IMG/VR virus record: IMGVR_UViG_3300022602_001838
Location: 1-64,000 of that record
Strand: one strand, 5' to 3'
DNA from: a virus
DNA length: 64,000 bases
Shown here: positions 27,236 through 35,918 of the stretch, piece after piece
Layout: the number at the start of each line of letters is the position of its first letter
How positions within the stretch are numbered: position 1 is the stretch's first letter
Program-made: the position numbers and the translations under genes
Notes under the pieces: model-generated
Told to the model about the DNA's origin: nothing
What the model saw: the letters and a program-made list of their open reading frames with translations, nothing else
Databases searched by the model: none

Positions 27236-28083
27236 TAGGTTCCCCATTCATTTTTAAATAGCGGCACTTGCAATCGGTCGCTGTAACGCCAACCCTTACG
27301 CATTGCCATTTCTGCTACAGCACGATTGTTTAGACCATAGACTGATTCAACGCCGCCGCAGGGCATTAGATAAACGTGCCCTTTAAAGCCCTCTGCACGA
27401 TATTCAGCTACAGTATCTTCAATCTCTTGTAAGTCAGTGTCGTGTGCTATAACAAACTTTAGATACACTGTACCAACATCTTCGTATTCGCAAACGATTT
27501 TGGGTCGGATGGCTTCTTCGTGCTTCTCGCCACTAATACTTAGTTTTGGGCTGACACTGAAAGTAATTTCACGATCTGGTGATTGTGTAGCCCAGCCACG
27601 CAAAAAGTTGTAGAAACTTGCGCTGAGTTCCTGTGTGCCATTTGTTTCAAAGGTCAGTTCTTTTAGTTCTGCCATGAAAGGGTGTGTGAGTAAGTCTGGA
27701 TAACTGCGTTGCCATCCTAGAAGCGGCTCACCGCCTGTGATAACCAAGTGCGCATCCTGCCAAGCCCCTCCAGGCAATATATTCCTACAACGATCGGCAA
27801 TAGCATCAATTGTAAGCATAGGACTAAGGTCCTTAAAATCAGGGTGCCAACTAGCGTAACTGTCACATCCAGTTTCTGTGAGAGGAAGTTCTTCATATTT
27901 TGTGTATAAGTGTTTGACGGTTGCAATATCATCTGCTTCTGTACTTAGTTGACCCTTGGGCATACCAAAGCCGGCGCACTTGAAATTGCAGCCAAATGTT
28001 CTAAGAAACACGCTGGGTACGCCCATATAGCGCCCCTCGCCCTGAATACTATAAAACAATTCTGCGATTTTAATTTTGCTCAT
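27235..28083 (-). CDS. queE: 7-carboxy-7-deazaguanine synthase (radical SAM)
   Basis: ELFYSIQGEG..G.PSVFLRTFGCN..C...CDS, ITGGEP, ETNGT, SVSPK and RLQV motifs. Confidence 0.92.
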   Translation of the reverse strand: MSKIKIAELFYSIQGEGRYMGVPSVFLRTFGCNFKCAGFGMPKGQLSTEADDIATVKHLYTKYEELPLTETGCDSYASWHPDFKDLSPMLTIDAIADRCRNILPGGAWQDAHLVITGGEPLLGWQRSYPDLLTHPFMAELKELTFETNGTQELSASFYNFLRGWATQSPDREITFSVSPKLSISGEKHEEAIRPKIVCEYEDVGTVYLKFVIAHDTDLQEIEDTVAEYRAEGFKGHVYLMPCGGVESVYGLNNRAVAEMAMRKGWRYSDRLQVPLFKNEWGT

Positions 28084-28363
28084 AAATGTTTGACCACTTT
28101 GTTAGTTTATCTTTTTTCTGTAGTTTGGCCATTTCTAGCCCTTCTTGTGTGACAACCCCTTGTTCGACTAGAATATCAATCATGGCTAGTACATCACCTA
28201 GTTCCATTTGTAGATGTGTTCTGTGTGTGAGACCACTTTTGTAGTGTTTGTCATCAAATCCAAATCTGCGAACTTTGCTGACTTCTACAATGGCTTCTGC
28301 ACATTCTTCTTGTAGTATGTCTAGTGCTTCTTGAATTTGTTCTTGAGTTTTTCCGGGTGTCAT
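28070..28363 (-). CDS. MazG-like nucleotide pyrophosphohydrolase
   Basis: LQEECAE...SK..RFG...ELGDVLA. Confidence 0.75.
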   Translation of the reverse strand: MTPGKTQEQIQEALDILQEECAEAIVEVSKVRRFGFDDKHYKSGLTHRTHLQMELGDVLAMIDILVEQGVVTQEGLEMAKLQKKDKLTKWSNIYEQN

Positions 28364-28539
28364 ATTTGATTCCAATGTCTTAAAATACCTGCTACGATAA
28401 ACAAGTTTGTCACTACAGATATTAACACAATTGCGCTACGGATACAAGCAATTAGGTCTGCTTCTCGATCCGTACCGCCAGTTTTTTCACCAAGAGCTTT
28501 CGCCCAAAGTCTCCAGAGATTACGCAAACAAGTCCTCAT
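28360..28539 (-). CDS. Small membrane protein
   Basis: WRLWAKALGEK...EAD plus one hydrophobic helix; start uncertain. Confidence 0.55.
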   Translation of the reverse strand: MRTCLRNLWRLWAKALGEKTGGTDREADLIACIRSAIVLISVVTNLFIVAGILRHWNQI

Positions 28540-29065
28540 TCCATTCTCTGTGGCCTTCACGGAAAGCCATGTTGCTCTGTGTCTCACGCACTTCTACACG
28601 GTAGCACCAAAGTCTTTTTGCTTCTCCTGGGCCCCACATTTCAGGAATGTAAACGCCATTCACATACTTGTAGAGTTGATCACTCAGTGCTTCGCAGCCC
28701 AATGCTGGCAGCACAATGATCTTGGCCATTTTCTTTTCTTGTAGCAGTTTGAAAGTTTCAAGTTCTGGATCATCTTGAGCCACGATTAAGGTATGGTCGA
28801 ACTGATCTTCAAGAAACTTCTTCAAGTCTTTCAATCCGCCATAGTCTGCGGCCCAGTTGCGAACGTCTAGGTCATCTGTACCAAAGTAGAACTTCATACT
28901 GAATGAGTATCCATGGATTAGATTACAATGGCTATCTGCACGCCACTGTCTATATGCACAAGGAAATGCATCGTGATACTCTTTTGTGCTGGTGTATTTG
29001 TATTGAACTGGATGACGAAGATACTGTCTGTAATCTTTATCTACTGCGTTAAAATCGTCTGACAT
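28520..29065 (-). CDS. queD: 6-carboxy-5,6,7,8-tetrahydropterin synthase
   Basis: CNLIHGY, DYGGLK.LK...FDH, GCEAL and VEVRET motifs (T-fold). Confidence 0.88.
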   Translation of the reverse strand: MSDDFNAVDKDYRQYLRHPVQYKYTSTKEYHDAFPCAYRQWRADSHCNLIHGYSFSMKFYFGTDDLDVRNWAADYGGLKDLKKFLEDQFDHTLIVAQDDPELETFKLLQEKKMAKIIVLPALGCEALSDQLYKYVNGVYIPEMWGPGEAKRLWCYRVEVRETQSNMAFREGHREWNEDLFA

Positions 29066-29072
29066 GCTGTTT

Positions 29073-29137
29073 TCTCCTATGTTAATTTTAGCATAGGCTG
29101 GCAGAGTTTGTAAAGCGGGATGAAGCCAAGGCCGCTA
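29073..29137 (-). ncRNA. Candidate cis-regulatory RNA (preQ1-I-like H-type pseudoknot plus anti-RBS hairpin) upstream of queD
   Basis: AGCGG/CCGCU stem, loop CCUUGGCUUCAUC, tail UUACAAACUCU-GCCA able to pair with loop UGGC, then a CCUAUG/CAUAGG hairpin covering AGG of the AGGAGA RBS. Confidence 0.55.
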
Positions 29138-29974
29138 GATCAACTGACCGATCAGTGATTCTTTATTACCATACCAATGTGGAATTGGTTCTGGTTTGTC
29201 TTTCTCACGCATCCGTTTGATGTTCATAAACTCAGTAGAAACATTTAAGAATGGTATGAAGTAACTATATTTAACCCTGACCCCTACATTGTAGAATTGT
29301 ATTTTATTATATTGTTCATCTAGTGTGCAATCAAACTGGTTGACATAACTCAGTGCAATCTCGGGAGTATATAGAAAGAATCCAGCTGGGTGTTTTCCAT
29401 TACGATGTATGGTCAATGGGAAATCCACATAATCACAAAAGAACTGTTGTCGTTCGAGGTCCCAGTTTGGATCAGCAAGTCCGCTGATACACACCCCTCC
29501 CAATTGCTCTACATAGTCTGCCAAATACAAATAGATTGTGGTTGTATAGTCACGAGTGTATTTAGGCAATATACGCAAGTATGGTTTAATAACTTTTCTG
29601 AGCAATTCTTCTGGAGTAAACGTGAGTACTATGGGCCGGATACCACGCTTATTGCACCAGTAGTCTGCGTACCATTTTTCTGGATAATTCACATCACCCA
29701 AATCAACAATGATGGGCGTGAATGGAATATTTTGCTCGTAGAATGAATTGGCAACACGCTCACTGTCTATGCCGCCACTGAGCATAAGATACAGGGGTTT
29801 GTTCCCCCAGTCTGTGTAGATGCACTGTGCGTTGTAGGCTGCTGCCTCATCAAAGTTAGTGTACAACTTAGTTGCTTTTTGATGACTCTGAAACAACAAC
29901 TGTTCTTGTGGCATAGCAACACTGAACCAGTTGTTTCGGCCAGCATAACTCCAATCAACTGTGGTCTTGCTCAT
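29135..29974 (-). CDS. PP-loop (adenine nucleotide alpha-hydrolase) protein
   Basis: LMLSGGIDSE; paralog of 30290-31135. Confidence 0.65.
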   Translation of the reverse strand: MSKTTVDWSYAGRNNWFSVAMPQEQLLFQSHQKATKLYTNFDEAAAYNAQCIYTDWGNKPLYLMLSGGIDSERVANSFYEQNIPFTPIIVDLGDVNYPEKWYADYWCNKRGIRPIVLTFTPEELLRKVIKPYLRILPKYTRDYTTTIYLYLADYVEQLGGVCISGLADPNWDLERQQFFCDYVDFPLTIHRNGKHPAGFFLYTPEIALSYVNQFDCTLDEQYNKIQFYNVGVRVKYSYFIPFLNVSTEFMNIKRMREKDKPEPIPHWYGNKESLIGQLI

Positions 29975-30293
29975 ACCTATCCATAGTCTCTTGCATATTG
30001 TGTGTTACGATTTCATCGTAATACTTCAACAGAAACAAACTTGCCGTCGACGCATCTGTGCCAGAAAATCTGACCAAGTAATTACCAGTGCCGTCTTGCA
30101 TTTTGTGGCTGGGCTTGGCTTTACCAAAGCGAACGTGTTTGATCATACGTTTGCGACCATGATAGTCATATTCTTCTGTGGCCCAGGCTTCGCCACCTTG
30201 TAATAGAAACCACTGACACATTTCATCGGTTAGATCGTTGACTGCAAATTTGATTTCATAGCCAACTGTACATCCGGGAGGTAAACTAATCAT
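29955..30293 (-). CDS. Hypothetical protein
   Basis: 112 aa; contains DASTASLFLLKY. Confidence 0.65.
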   Translation of the reverse strand: MISLPPGCTVGYEIKFAVNDLTDEMCQWFLLQGGEAWATEEYDYHGRKRMIKHVRFGKAKPSHKMQDGTGNYLVRFSGTDASTASLFLLKYYDEIVTHNMQETMDRYEQDHS

Positions 30294-31135
30294 AATAATT
30301 TTCCAAGCAATTCTTGCGTGTCGCCCAATAAGGCACTATCAATGCTACCAAACAAGTCTCTGGGCTGTCTTAGTTTAGTCAATTGTCTAGCACTTTTTAA
30401 AAATGGTGCATTGATCATCTTGGGTCTGTACTCTGTATTATACAACTTTGCCTTGGCCTTTGTCATGTCCATACTAGTATCCCAGTTACCAATCACACTT
30501 GCCATAATTTCTGGACTCCAGTAAAAGAATGCCCAAGGATGTTGATTGGGACTCAGAATTTCGAAATAGGCGTCACACTCATTTAGTACAAAGCCACGAT
30601 AGTCTTTGGGTATGCCCTCTAGCCCACTGAATTGCTCATCAGGATGATATTCTACTTGCATACCCGCAATTATGTGACCATTTCTGCGCTCTACTTCATC
30701 AACTAAGAGTACAGGGGTAACCCCGATGTGCAATCTTGCTCTGGTAGTTTTAAGTGCATTGCGATACACTCCGTTGTCCATTATCTCATAGCCAAAATGC
30801 AAATGCAATGGCTCAATGTTTCTGTGCTTGCACCAACGAAACGCATAGTCAGTTTCTTCTGTAGCAATTTCACCCAGTGTCATTATAACTGGTACAAAAT
30901 CAATTTTGTTTCTGTACAGCACATTGGCTACGTGTTCACTGTCTGCGCCGCCGCTGAATGATAGATGCAGATTGTCATACTGTGCAGCAATTTCTTGTGC
31001 TGTTTGATCACATACTGCGTCAAAGTCCACTAGACCAGATGCTCGTTGTTTAAACTCAATTGTGAAATTTTCTTTGATGTGTCTGGGTATCTTGCCTTCC
31101 CACGACATATCTATCCAATTATTTTTTGATAGCAT
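30290..31135 (-). CDS. PP-loop (adenine nucleotide alpha-hydrolase) protein
   Basis: LSFSGGADSE; shares the HP..FF...PEI motif with 29135-29974. Confidence 0.65.
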   Translation of the reverse strand: MLSKNNWIDMSWEGKIPRHIKENFTIEFKQRASGLVDFDAVCDQTAQEIAAQYDNLHLSFSGGADSEHVANVLYRNKIDFVPVIMTLGEIATEETDYAFRWCKHRNIEPLHLHFGYEIMDNGVYRNALKTTRARLHIGVTPVLLVDEVERRNGHIIAGMQVEYHPDEQFSGLEGIPKDYRGFVLNECDAYFEILSPNQHPWAFFYWSPEIMASVIGNWDTSMDMTKAKAKLYNTEYRPKMINAPFLKSARQLTKLRQPRDLFGSIDSALLGDTQELLGKLL

Positions 31136-31898
31136 TTAAGTGATGCAGTTTTAAGTCTGATAGATTATTGACGGGAACGGCAACAATGTTTTCACACAAT
31201 TCTTTGTCCTGTGCCCAAGCCTCTTCCCAAACAGTTTCATTCAACACCCATTCTGCGTCTGAGATTCTGCTGTCACGATATTTGTATATGACAACATCTG
31301 TGCCCGTTGCTGTAGCAACTGCAACATTTACAAATAGTGCGCCCTGTTGCCACTCAATGGTTGTGTTGGGATAAATTGTAGTCCATACTGCATCCTGATC
31401 CTGTACAAACTGATGCGATCCACAGTCAAAGAACTCTGTACGTATTGTGGATACATCTGTGATGCCTATTTTGTCATAAACGCCCCTGTGTACTACGGGG
31501 ATATGTTCTATGTCCAAGAATACATCTATGAATATTTCTGGACTAGTCTTTAGGCTGTCAACACGACATTCTACTAATTGCATAAAAGACAAGTCTATGG
31601 GATAATCAAACTCAATCTGTTCGCTGAATAACATATTGCCCACTGTGTAGACGGGCTTTGTTTCTAACTGATAACTGTTGTCTAGTCCCGTGCCCATGGA
31701 GTCAAAGCGTAGACCGTGGTAAGGACATACCATTACATCACTGCACACCTTTTTCGCTAATAAACTATTTTGATGGGGACAAACATTGGACAACAACGAT
31801 ATGTGATCATTGTTTTTTGTCAGTGCCCAATGTTTGTTGAGTTGTAGTAATGGTCTAATTTGATTGTCAGATAAATTTTGGACTAATCCTAAGAACAT
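31119..31898 (-). CDS. Rieske [2Fe-2S] oxygenase-like protein
   Basis: CPH...CPYHG Rieske ligands and a D..HIP.VH mononuclear iron motif; ATAAATA 4 nt upstream. Confidence 0.85.
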   Translation of the reverse strand: MFLGLVQNLSDNQIRPLLQLNKHWALTKNNDHISLLSNVCPHQNSLLAKKVCSDVMVCPYHGLRFDSMGTGLDNSYQLETKPVYTVGNMLFSEQIEFDYPIDLSFMQLVECRVDSLKTSPEIFIDVFLDIEHIPVVHRGVYDKIGITDVSTIRTEFFDCGSHQFVQDQDAVWTTIYPNTTIEWQQGALFVNVAVATATGTDVVIYKYRDSRISDAEWVLNETVWEEAWAQDKELCENIVAVPVNNLSDLKLHHLNAIKK

Positions 31899-31905
31899 AC
31901 AGTAT

Positions 31906-32367
31906 TTATTTGCCAGCCATTCTACTGTTCAAGTATTCTTCGTGCTGTATCCATTTGCCACGAGTCAGAAATCCCCATTCACGTTTTTGTGGACCTGGCA
32001 TAAAAACGGTCCAACATTCTACGCTAGGATCAAGCTCAATACGATGAAAGCTGCCAGCGCTACATATACGAAAATGGCCGGGTCCACACCACCGAGCCAT
32101 CTCGCCAATTTTCTTTCCTGCTGCATCAAACTGCGGAGTCCATTCATAATAACCACCCTTCAAAATAACAGTAGCATAGCTCCAAGGATGATCGTGAACA
32201 TCATCTGGATCACTCTTTAGAAACTTGTGCAAGAACACATTGAAGGGAAACTTTTTGCGATCTTTCAGAAACAAGTAGTAGCGCTCGAGATAAGGTTCAT
32301 TGTCAATCCTGTCCATTACAATACGTTTGCGGCCCAAGCTGTCGAGCCAATTGAGAAACCAAGTCAT
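31906..32367 (-). CDS. Cupin-fold hypothetical protein
   Basis: HDHPW..T.IL.GGY.E...FHRIEL...REWGF. Confidence 0.7.
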   Translation of the reverse strand: MTWFLNWLDSLGRKRIVMDRIDNEPYLERYYLFLKDRKKFPFNVFLHKFLKSDPDDVHDHPWSYATVILKGGYYEWTPQFDAAGKKIGEMARWCGPGHFRICSAGSFHRIELDPSVECWTVFMPGPQKREWGFLTRGKWIQHEEYLNSRMAGK

Positions 32368-32384
32368 TGTATCTCCTATACATG

Positions 32385-32675
32385 TCAGTTGATTTGTGTT
32401 GCCACGTTCCGGTCTAGGCAGAGAATGATGTGCGGAGTCTTGACCGTGATTGGTTCATCTCCGGGCGGAAACATTATGTATCCATTGGGATCATTGGTCT
32501 TAGTTCCATCCAGACGTATGCCACCTTGAGCATGTAGTCGTCGTGCTTGACCGCGACTCTGCGCCAATCCTGTTTGTACCAGAATGCCAGGCAAATCAAT
32601 AGCATCTACCCACTTATCCAGTGGCACATAACGCCACTGTGTCAATACGTCCAATAACGAAACGTCACTTGTCAT
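32385..32675 (-). CDS. Stand-alone S4 RNA-binding domain (TyrRS C-terminal-like)
   Basis: LV.TGLAQSRGQARRL..QGGIRLDG matches the S4 consensus. Confidence 0.7.
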   Translation of the reverse strand: MTSDVSLLDVLTQWRYVPLDKWVDAIDLPGILVQTGLAQSRGQARRLHAQGGIRLDGTKTNDPNGYIMFPPGDEPITVKTPHIILCLDRNVATQIN

Positions 32676-33853
32676 TGTATCTCCTTGATGTAAAAACTTG
32701 TGTCCAATAATTGTAGCATATAGCTCTTGTTTGTTGATGTGTTTCGGTAAACTGCCGCTGCCTGTGCTGTTGTGTGCCCTGCTGCCATGTCTGAGAAAGC
32801 AGTGGGTTGATACACTGTGTGGTCGCTGACTCGATACAATCTAGTGCCCACACTATTGCCTGGCATCAGGATCATTGGTGTGTTGTCTACAGTGACCAAA
32901 TAACTATAATAGTCGTTGCCCAATGTGTCCAGAGTAGCGTAGTACAAATAAGTATTACCAGCAGTGTTGACCCAAATATCACGACCATTTCCCGAGTTGT
33001 GCATAGTGATTAAGTCTTTGATACCATCACCAGTTACGTCTACTGCGATTGAGTCGATTGTGGCATCTTCACCGGGCTGTGCTGTGATTCCTACTGCGCT
33101 TTGAAATACCATTGCGCTGTCGTATACGTTGATATTGTCTGGGATACCTGTTGCGTAGTTGTTGGACAAGAAGATATCCACGTCACCGTTTGTTTGATGC
33201 ATTACTGCACAGGAACTGAAATAGTTGTTACCGTGCAACACTGTGTTGTCTAGTACAAAAGTTCTGTTGCCCTGATTATAGTAGATGCCACCACTAGCTC
33301 CACTATCAGCCACAATCATATCAAGTTTACCATCGCCATTCACATCGTCAATGCAAGCACCGTGTGATTCTGTTTGCTCTGTGAATGTTTGTCGTGTGAA
33401 TTGTGCATTACTGCCTGTACCCCAGAACATCACACTGTTTGCTGGGACTTCTGCGCTGCCGTCACGAAAGCCCGGCAACCAAATATCATTCTTACCATCG
33501 TTGTCAAAATCAGCAATGAATACGTGCTGACTGCCCAAGTAAGTGTTGCTGCCCAATAAGCTCAAGGTGCTGTCTGTGAGTGTGCCATCTGCGTTTTGAG
33601 TAAAGACCCAAAGATGTGCCACAGCACTGTCATATTTCCAACCACCGACTACAACATCTTCTAGACCATCGCCATTCAGATCGCCCACTGCTGTGTTATA
33701 CACTGTGTCTACGTTGGTGCTCTGTACTGCTAGAACTAAAGTATTACTCAGTGTATGCGATGAGTTGCTTGTGGGTTCACTAGACCCACCGGGACCACCG
33801 CCACAAGCAGTTAGAACTAAAGACAACAGAATTGGGGCAATGAATTTGTTCAT
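32672..33853 (-). CDS. Lipoprotein with FG-GAP/VCBS repeats
   Basis: Signal peptide with lipobox LTAC-GGG; repeats GDLNGDGLEDVV, ADFDNDGKNDI, DDVNGDGKLDM, VDVTGDGIKDL. Confidence 0.85.
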   Translation of the reverse strand: MNKFIAPILLSLVLTACGGGPGGSSEPTSNSSHTLSNTLVLAVQSTNVDTVYNTAVGDLNGDGLEDVVVGGWKYDSAVAHLWVFTQNADGTLTDSTLSLLGSNTYLGSQHVFIADFDNDGKNDIWLPGFRDGSAEVPANSVMFWGTGSNAQFTRQTFTEQTESHGACIDDVNGDGKLDMIVADSGASGGIYYNQGNRTFVLDNTVLHGNNYFSSCAVMHQTNGDVDIFLSNNYATGIPDNINVYDSAMVFQSAVGITAQPGEDATIDSIAVDVTGDGIKDLITMHNSGNGRDIWVNTAGNTYLYYATLDTLGNDYYSYLVTVDNTPMILMPGNSVGTRLYRVSDHTVYQPTAFSDMAAGHTTAQAAAVYRNTSTNKSYMLQLLDTSFYIKEIQ

Positions 33854-33859
33854 AGCCCT

Positions 33860-33888
33860 ATTATACAATCAATTTGATTTTATGTCAA
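33860..33888 (-). promoter_or_regulatory. Consensus sigma70 promoter TTGACA-17-TATAAT
   Basis: Perfect -35 and -10 boxes; the -10 box ends 6 nt before the lipoprotein ATG. Confidence 0.8.
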
Positions 33889-33889
33889 A

Positions 33890-34591
33890 TCAGCGTGGGG
33901 CAAAGTCCTGTTGCAGTTTGATGTTGTCAAAGAATTCTTTCTTGGTGCCTAAGTCTTCTTTGAACGCACCACGAAGAACGGTTGTTTGTGTAAGGGACGA
34001 GTGCGCCATAATACCACGGTTTTCACAGCAACCGTGTGTGGCTTGGATATAAACTCCAACATCAGTCGAACCCGTTGCCAACATAATCTCCCGAGCAATG
34101 TCCAAGCAGAGTTCTTCTTGTAGTGTACCTCTTCTGGCACACCATTGTGCGATGCGACTATATTTTGATAGGCCGATAAGTTTAGGCCCAGCAATGATTC
34201 CAATATAAGCCACGCCTGTAACAGGTTGATGATGATGGCTACACATACTCTTGAGTTCGCTGCGAACGACAAGCATACCCTCATATCGTCCCTCAGTATC
34301 ATTTGGGAAAGCTGTAGCGCTCGGACTTGGCTCATATCGCCCAGCCATAATTTCATTGAAGTACATTTTGGCGAGTCGTCGGGCTGTGTCTTTTGAGTTT
34401 GGGTCATTTTGTCTGTCAATCAACAATGTGTCAAGCACTTGCTCGAAAGCCTGTGTGGCTTCGTCAATCAAGACCGCTTTTTGTTCCTCGTCTACATAAT
34501 CGCTGATATTGTCTCCAGCCCAAAACCGTTTGCCGTTAGAACGCATTTGATTGCGAATTACTTGTGATAAGTTTTTACTTGTATCTGTCAT
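33890..34591 (-). CDS. folE: GTP cyclohydrolase I
   Basis: TARRLAKMY, SMCSHH, GLSKYSR, QE and HGC...RG motifs; start placed at MTDTS. Confidence 0.95.
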   Translation of the reverse strand: MTDTSKNLSQVIRNQMRSNGKRFWAGDNISDYVDEEQKAVLIDEATQAFEQVLDTLLIDRQNDPNSKDTARRLAKMYFNEIMAGRYEPSPSATAFPNDTEGRYEGMLVVRSELKSMCSHHHQPVTGVAYIGIIAGPKLIGLSKYSRIAQWCARRGTLQEELCLDIAREIMLATGSTDVGVYIQATHGCCENRGIMAHSSLTQTTVLRGAFKEDLGTKKEFFDNIKLQQDFAPR

Positions 34592-34599
34592 ATTGTTAC

Positions 34600-35532
34600 T
34601 TAGGATTGCTTTATGTCCTGCGGCAAAATTCCACTGTTGTAGTATTTGGCAAAGCATAAACGATTTGTGTCTACACTACCACGATTGTAATGATCATAGT
34701 TGTGATTATGGTCGATACCAAAAATCACAGTCTTGCTGGGCACAAGATTCATTTGTTTGCACCAGTCAAGTTGTAACTCTCGGTAAGTGTTGTAAATGTC
34801 ATCTGCGCCCCAAGTATTCATAAACTCTAGACCAATGGCAGCACCCAAACGATTTACATACTGTGTCTTATGATACACTAATAAGCTGTCATCGTCATCC
34901 TCTCTGGTAAAACGAATGCCAATACGAATCAAGTTGACGGGAAATGTCTTGCTCAGACTAAATGTAATGTCAGTGATTGCAGGATGATCAAAGTCAAACT
35001 CTAATCCACCCACGATGCCAAAAAATGCAGCATCGATCAGGATGGGCACACCCTTAGCATAACAATCATCCAAGAATTCTTTAGTGAACATCTTGTGAAT
35101 ATCACCAGTGTCTGCAAACGGCAAACTTGTTACCACTGCATCACCTGCCTGAATGGGTTCATCGTCAATGAATGCCCAATTAGGGAAGTAGTTACGCCAC
35201 GCTACTCTGTGGTACATATACTCGCCACGGAAACAACGGAATCGTTTTGTCGCATTCTTTAGATAGAACTTGTCAAAACTCTCTGTCGTACCGTTGCTAT
35301 AGGCCATAATGGGAAATGCATCTAGACCCTTGATGGTATTGTTGATGCTGCCCCCAATCCAAGAACGATACTTGTCGTAATATCGTGGGATAACGCTTTC
35401 ATCGTGCATACAATCATCAAACATCACACGAGTTGTAAAGAATTGCAGTGCTGCCTCACGTTTTGTATCAATAACGCATTGTGCAGCCGCAAACGGCCAA
35501 CCTTTGAGATTAGCTTGTAGCGGCAGTGTCAT
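34600..35532 (-). CDS. PLP-dependent transferase-like protein
   Basis: NGTTESF, ILIDAAF and FSLSKTF...RIG (fold-type I Lys motif). Confidence 0.65.
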   Translation of the reverse strand: MTLPLQANLKGWPFAAAQCVIDTKREAALQFFTTRVMFDDCMHDESVIPRYYDKYRSWIGGSINNTIKGLDAFPIMAYSNGTTESFDKFYLKNATKRFRCFRGEYMYHRVAWRNYFPNWAFIDDEPIQAGDAVVTSLPFADTGDIHKMFTKEFLDDCYAKGVPILIDAAFFGIVGGLEFDFDHPAITDITFSLSKTFPVNLIRIGIRFTREDDDDSLLVYHKTQYVNRLGAAIGLEFMNTWGADDIYNTYRELQLDWCKQMNLVPSKTVIFGIDHNHNYDHYNRGSVDTNRLCFAKYYNSGILPQDIKQS

Positions 35533-35533
35533 A

Positions 35534-35917
35534 TTATTCCTCAATTTTTTTGATAATCGGATCACAGTCAATAATCATTTCTGTATCACCCTGTGTCCAG
35601 CCATGTTCTTCCAAGTCAAGCCAGCTATTGCCTTCGTCAAAGAATTCTTCTAGCCATTCCTGTGTTTCTTCATCACATTCATCTGTATCGTGCTCTTCCC
35701 AACACCCGTCAAATGTTTCAACTAGTTCAACTTCATAATCACAGTTGTATAGGTCAGTACCTTCTGTGATATCTGGCGGAGTGTCGTCTTCGGTCTCGCA
35801 AGTAAATTTTCCACCACGCCAACCAGTTTCAATGATGATTGTGTTGTCGTCTTTGTGATAATAAGAGCGTTCAATCAACGACTTTTTCATTGAAGGTGTA
35901 ATTGTCCAAGTTGCCAT
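35534..35917 (-). CDS. Acidic hypothetical protein
   Basis: GAGGAG RBS before MATWTIT. Confidence 0.7.
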   Translation of the reverse strand: MATWTITPSMKKSLIERSYYHKDDNTIIIETGWRGGKFTCETEDDTPPDITEGTDLYNCDYEVELVETFDGCWEEHDTDECDEETQEWLEEFFDEGNSWLDLEEHGWTQGDTEMIIDCDPIIKKIEE

Positions 35918-35918
35918 A

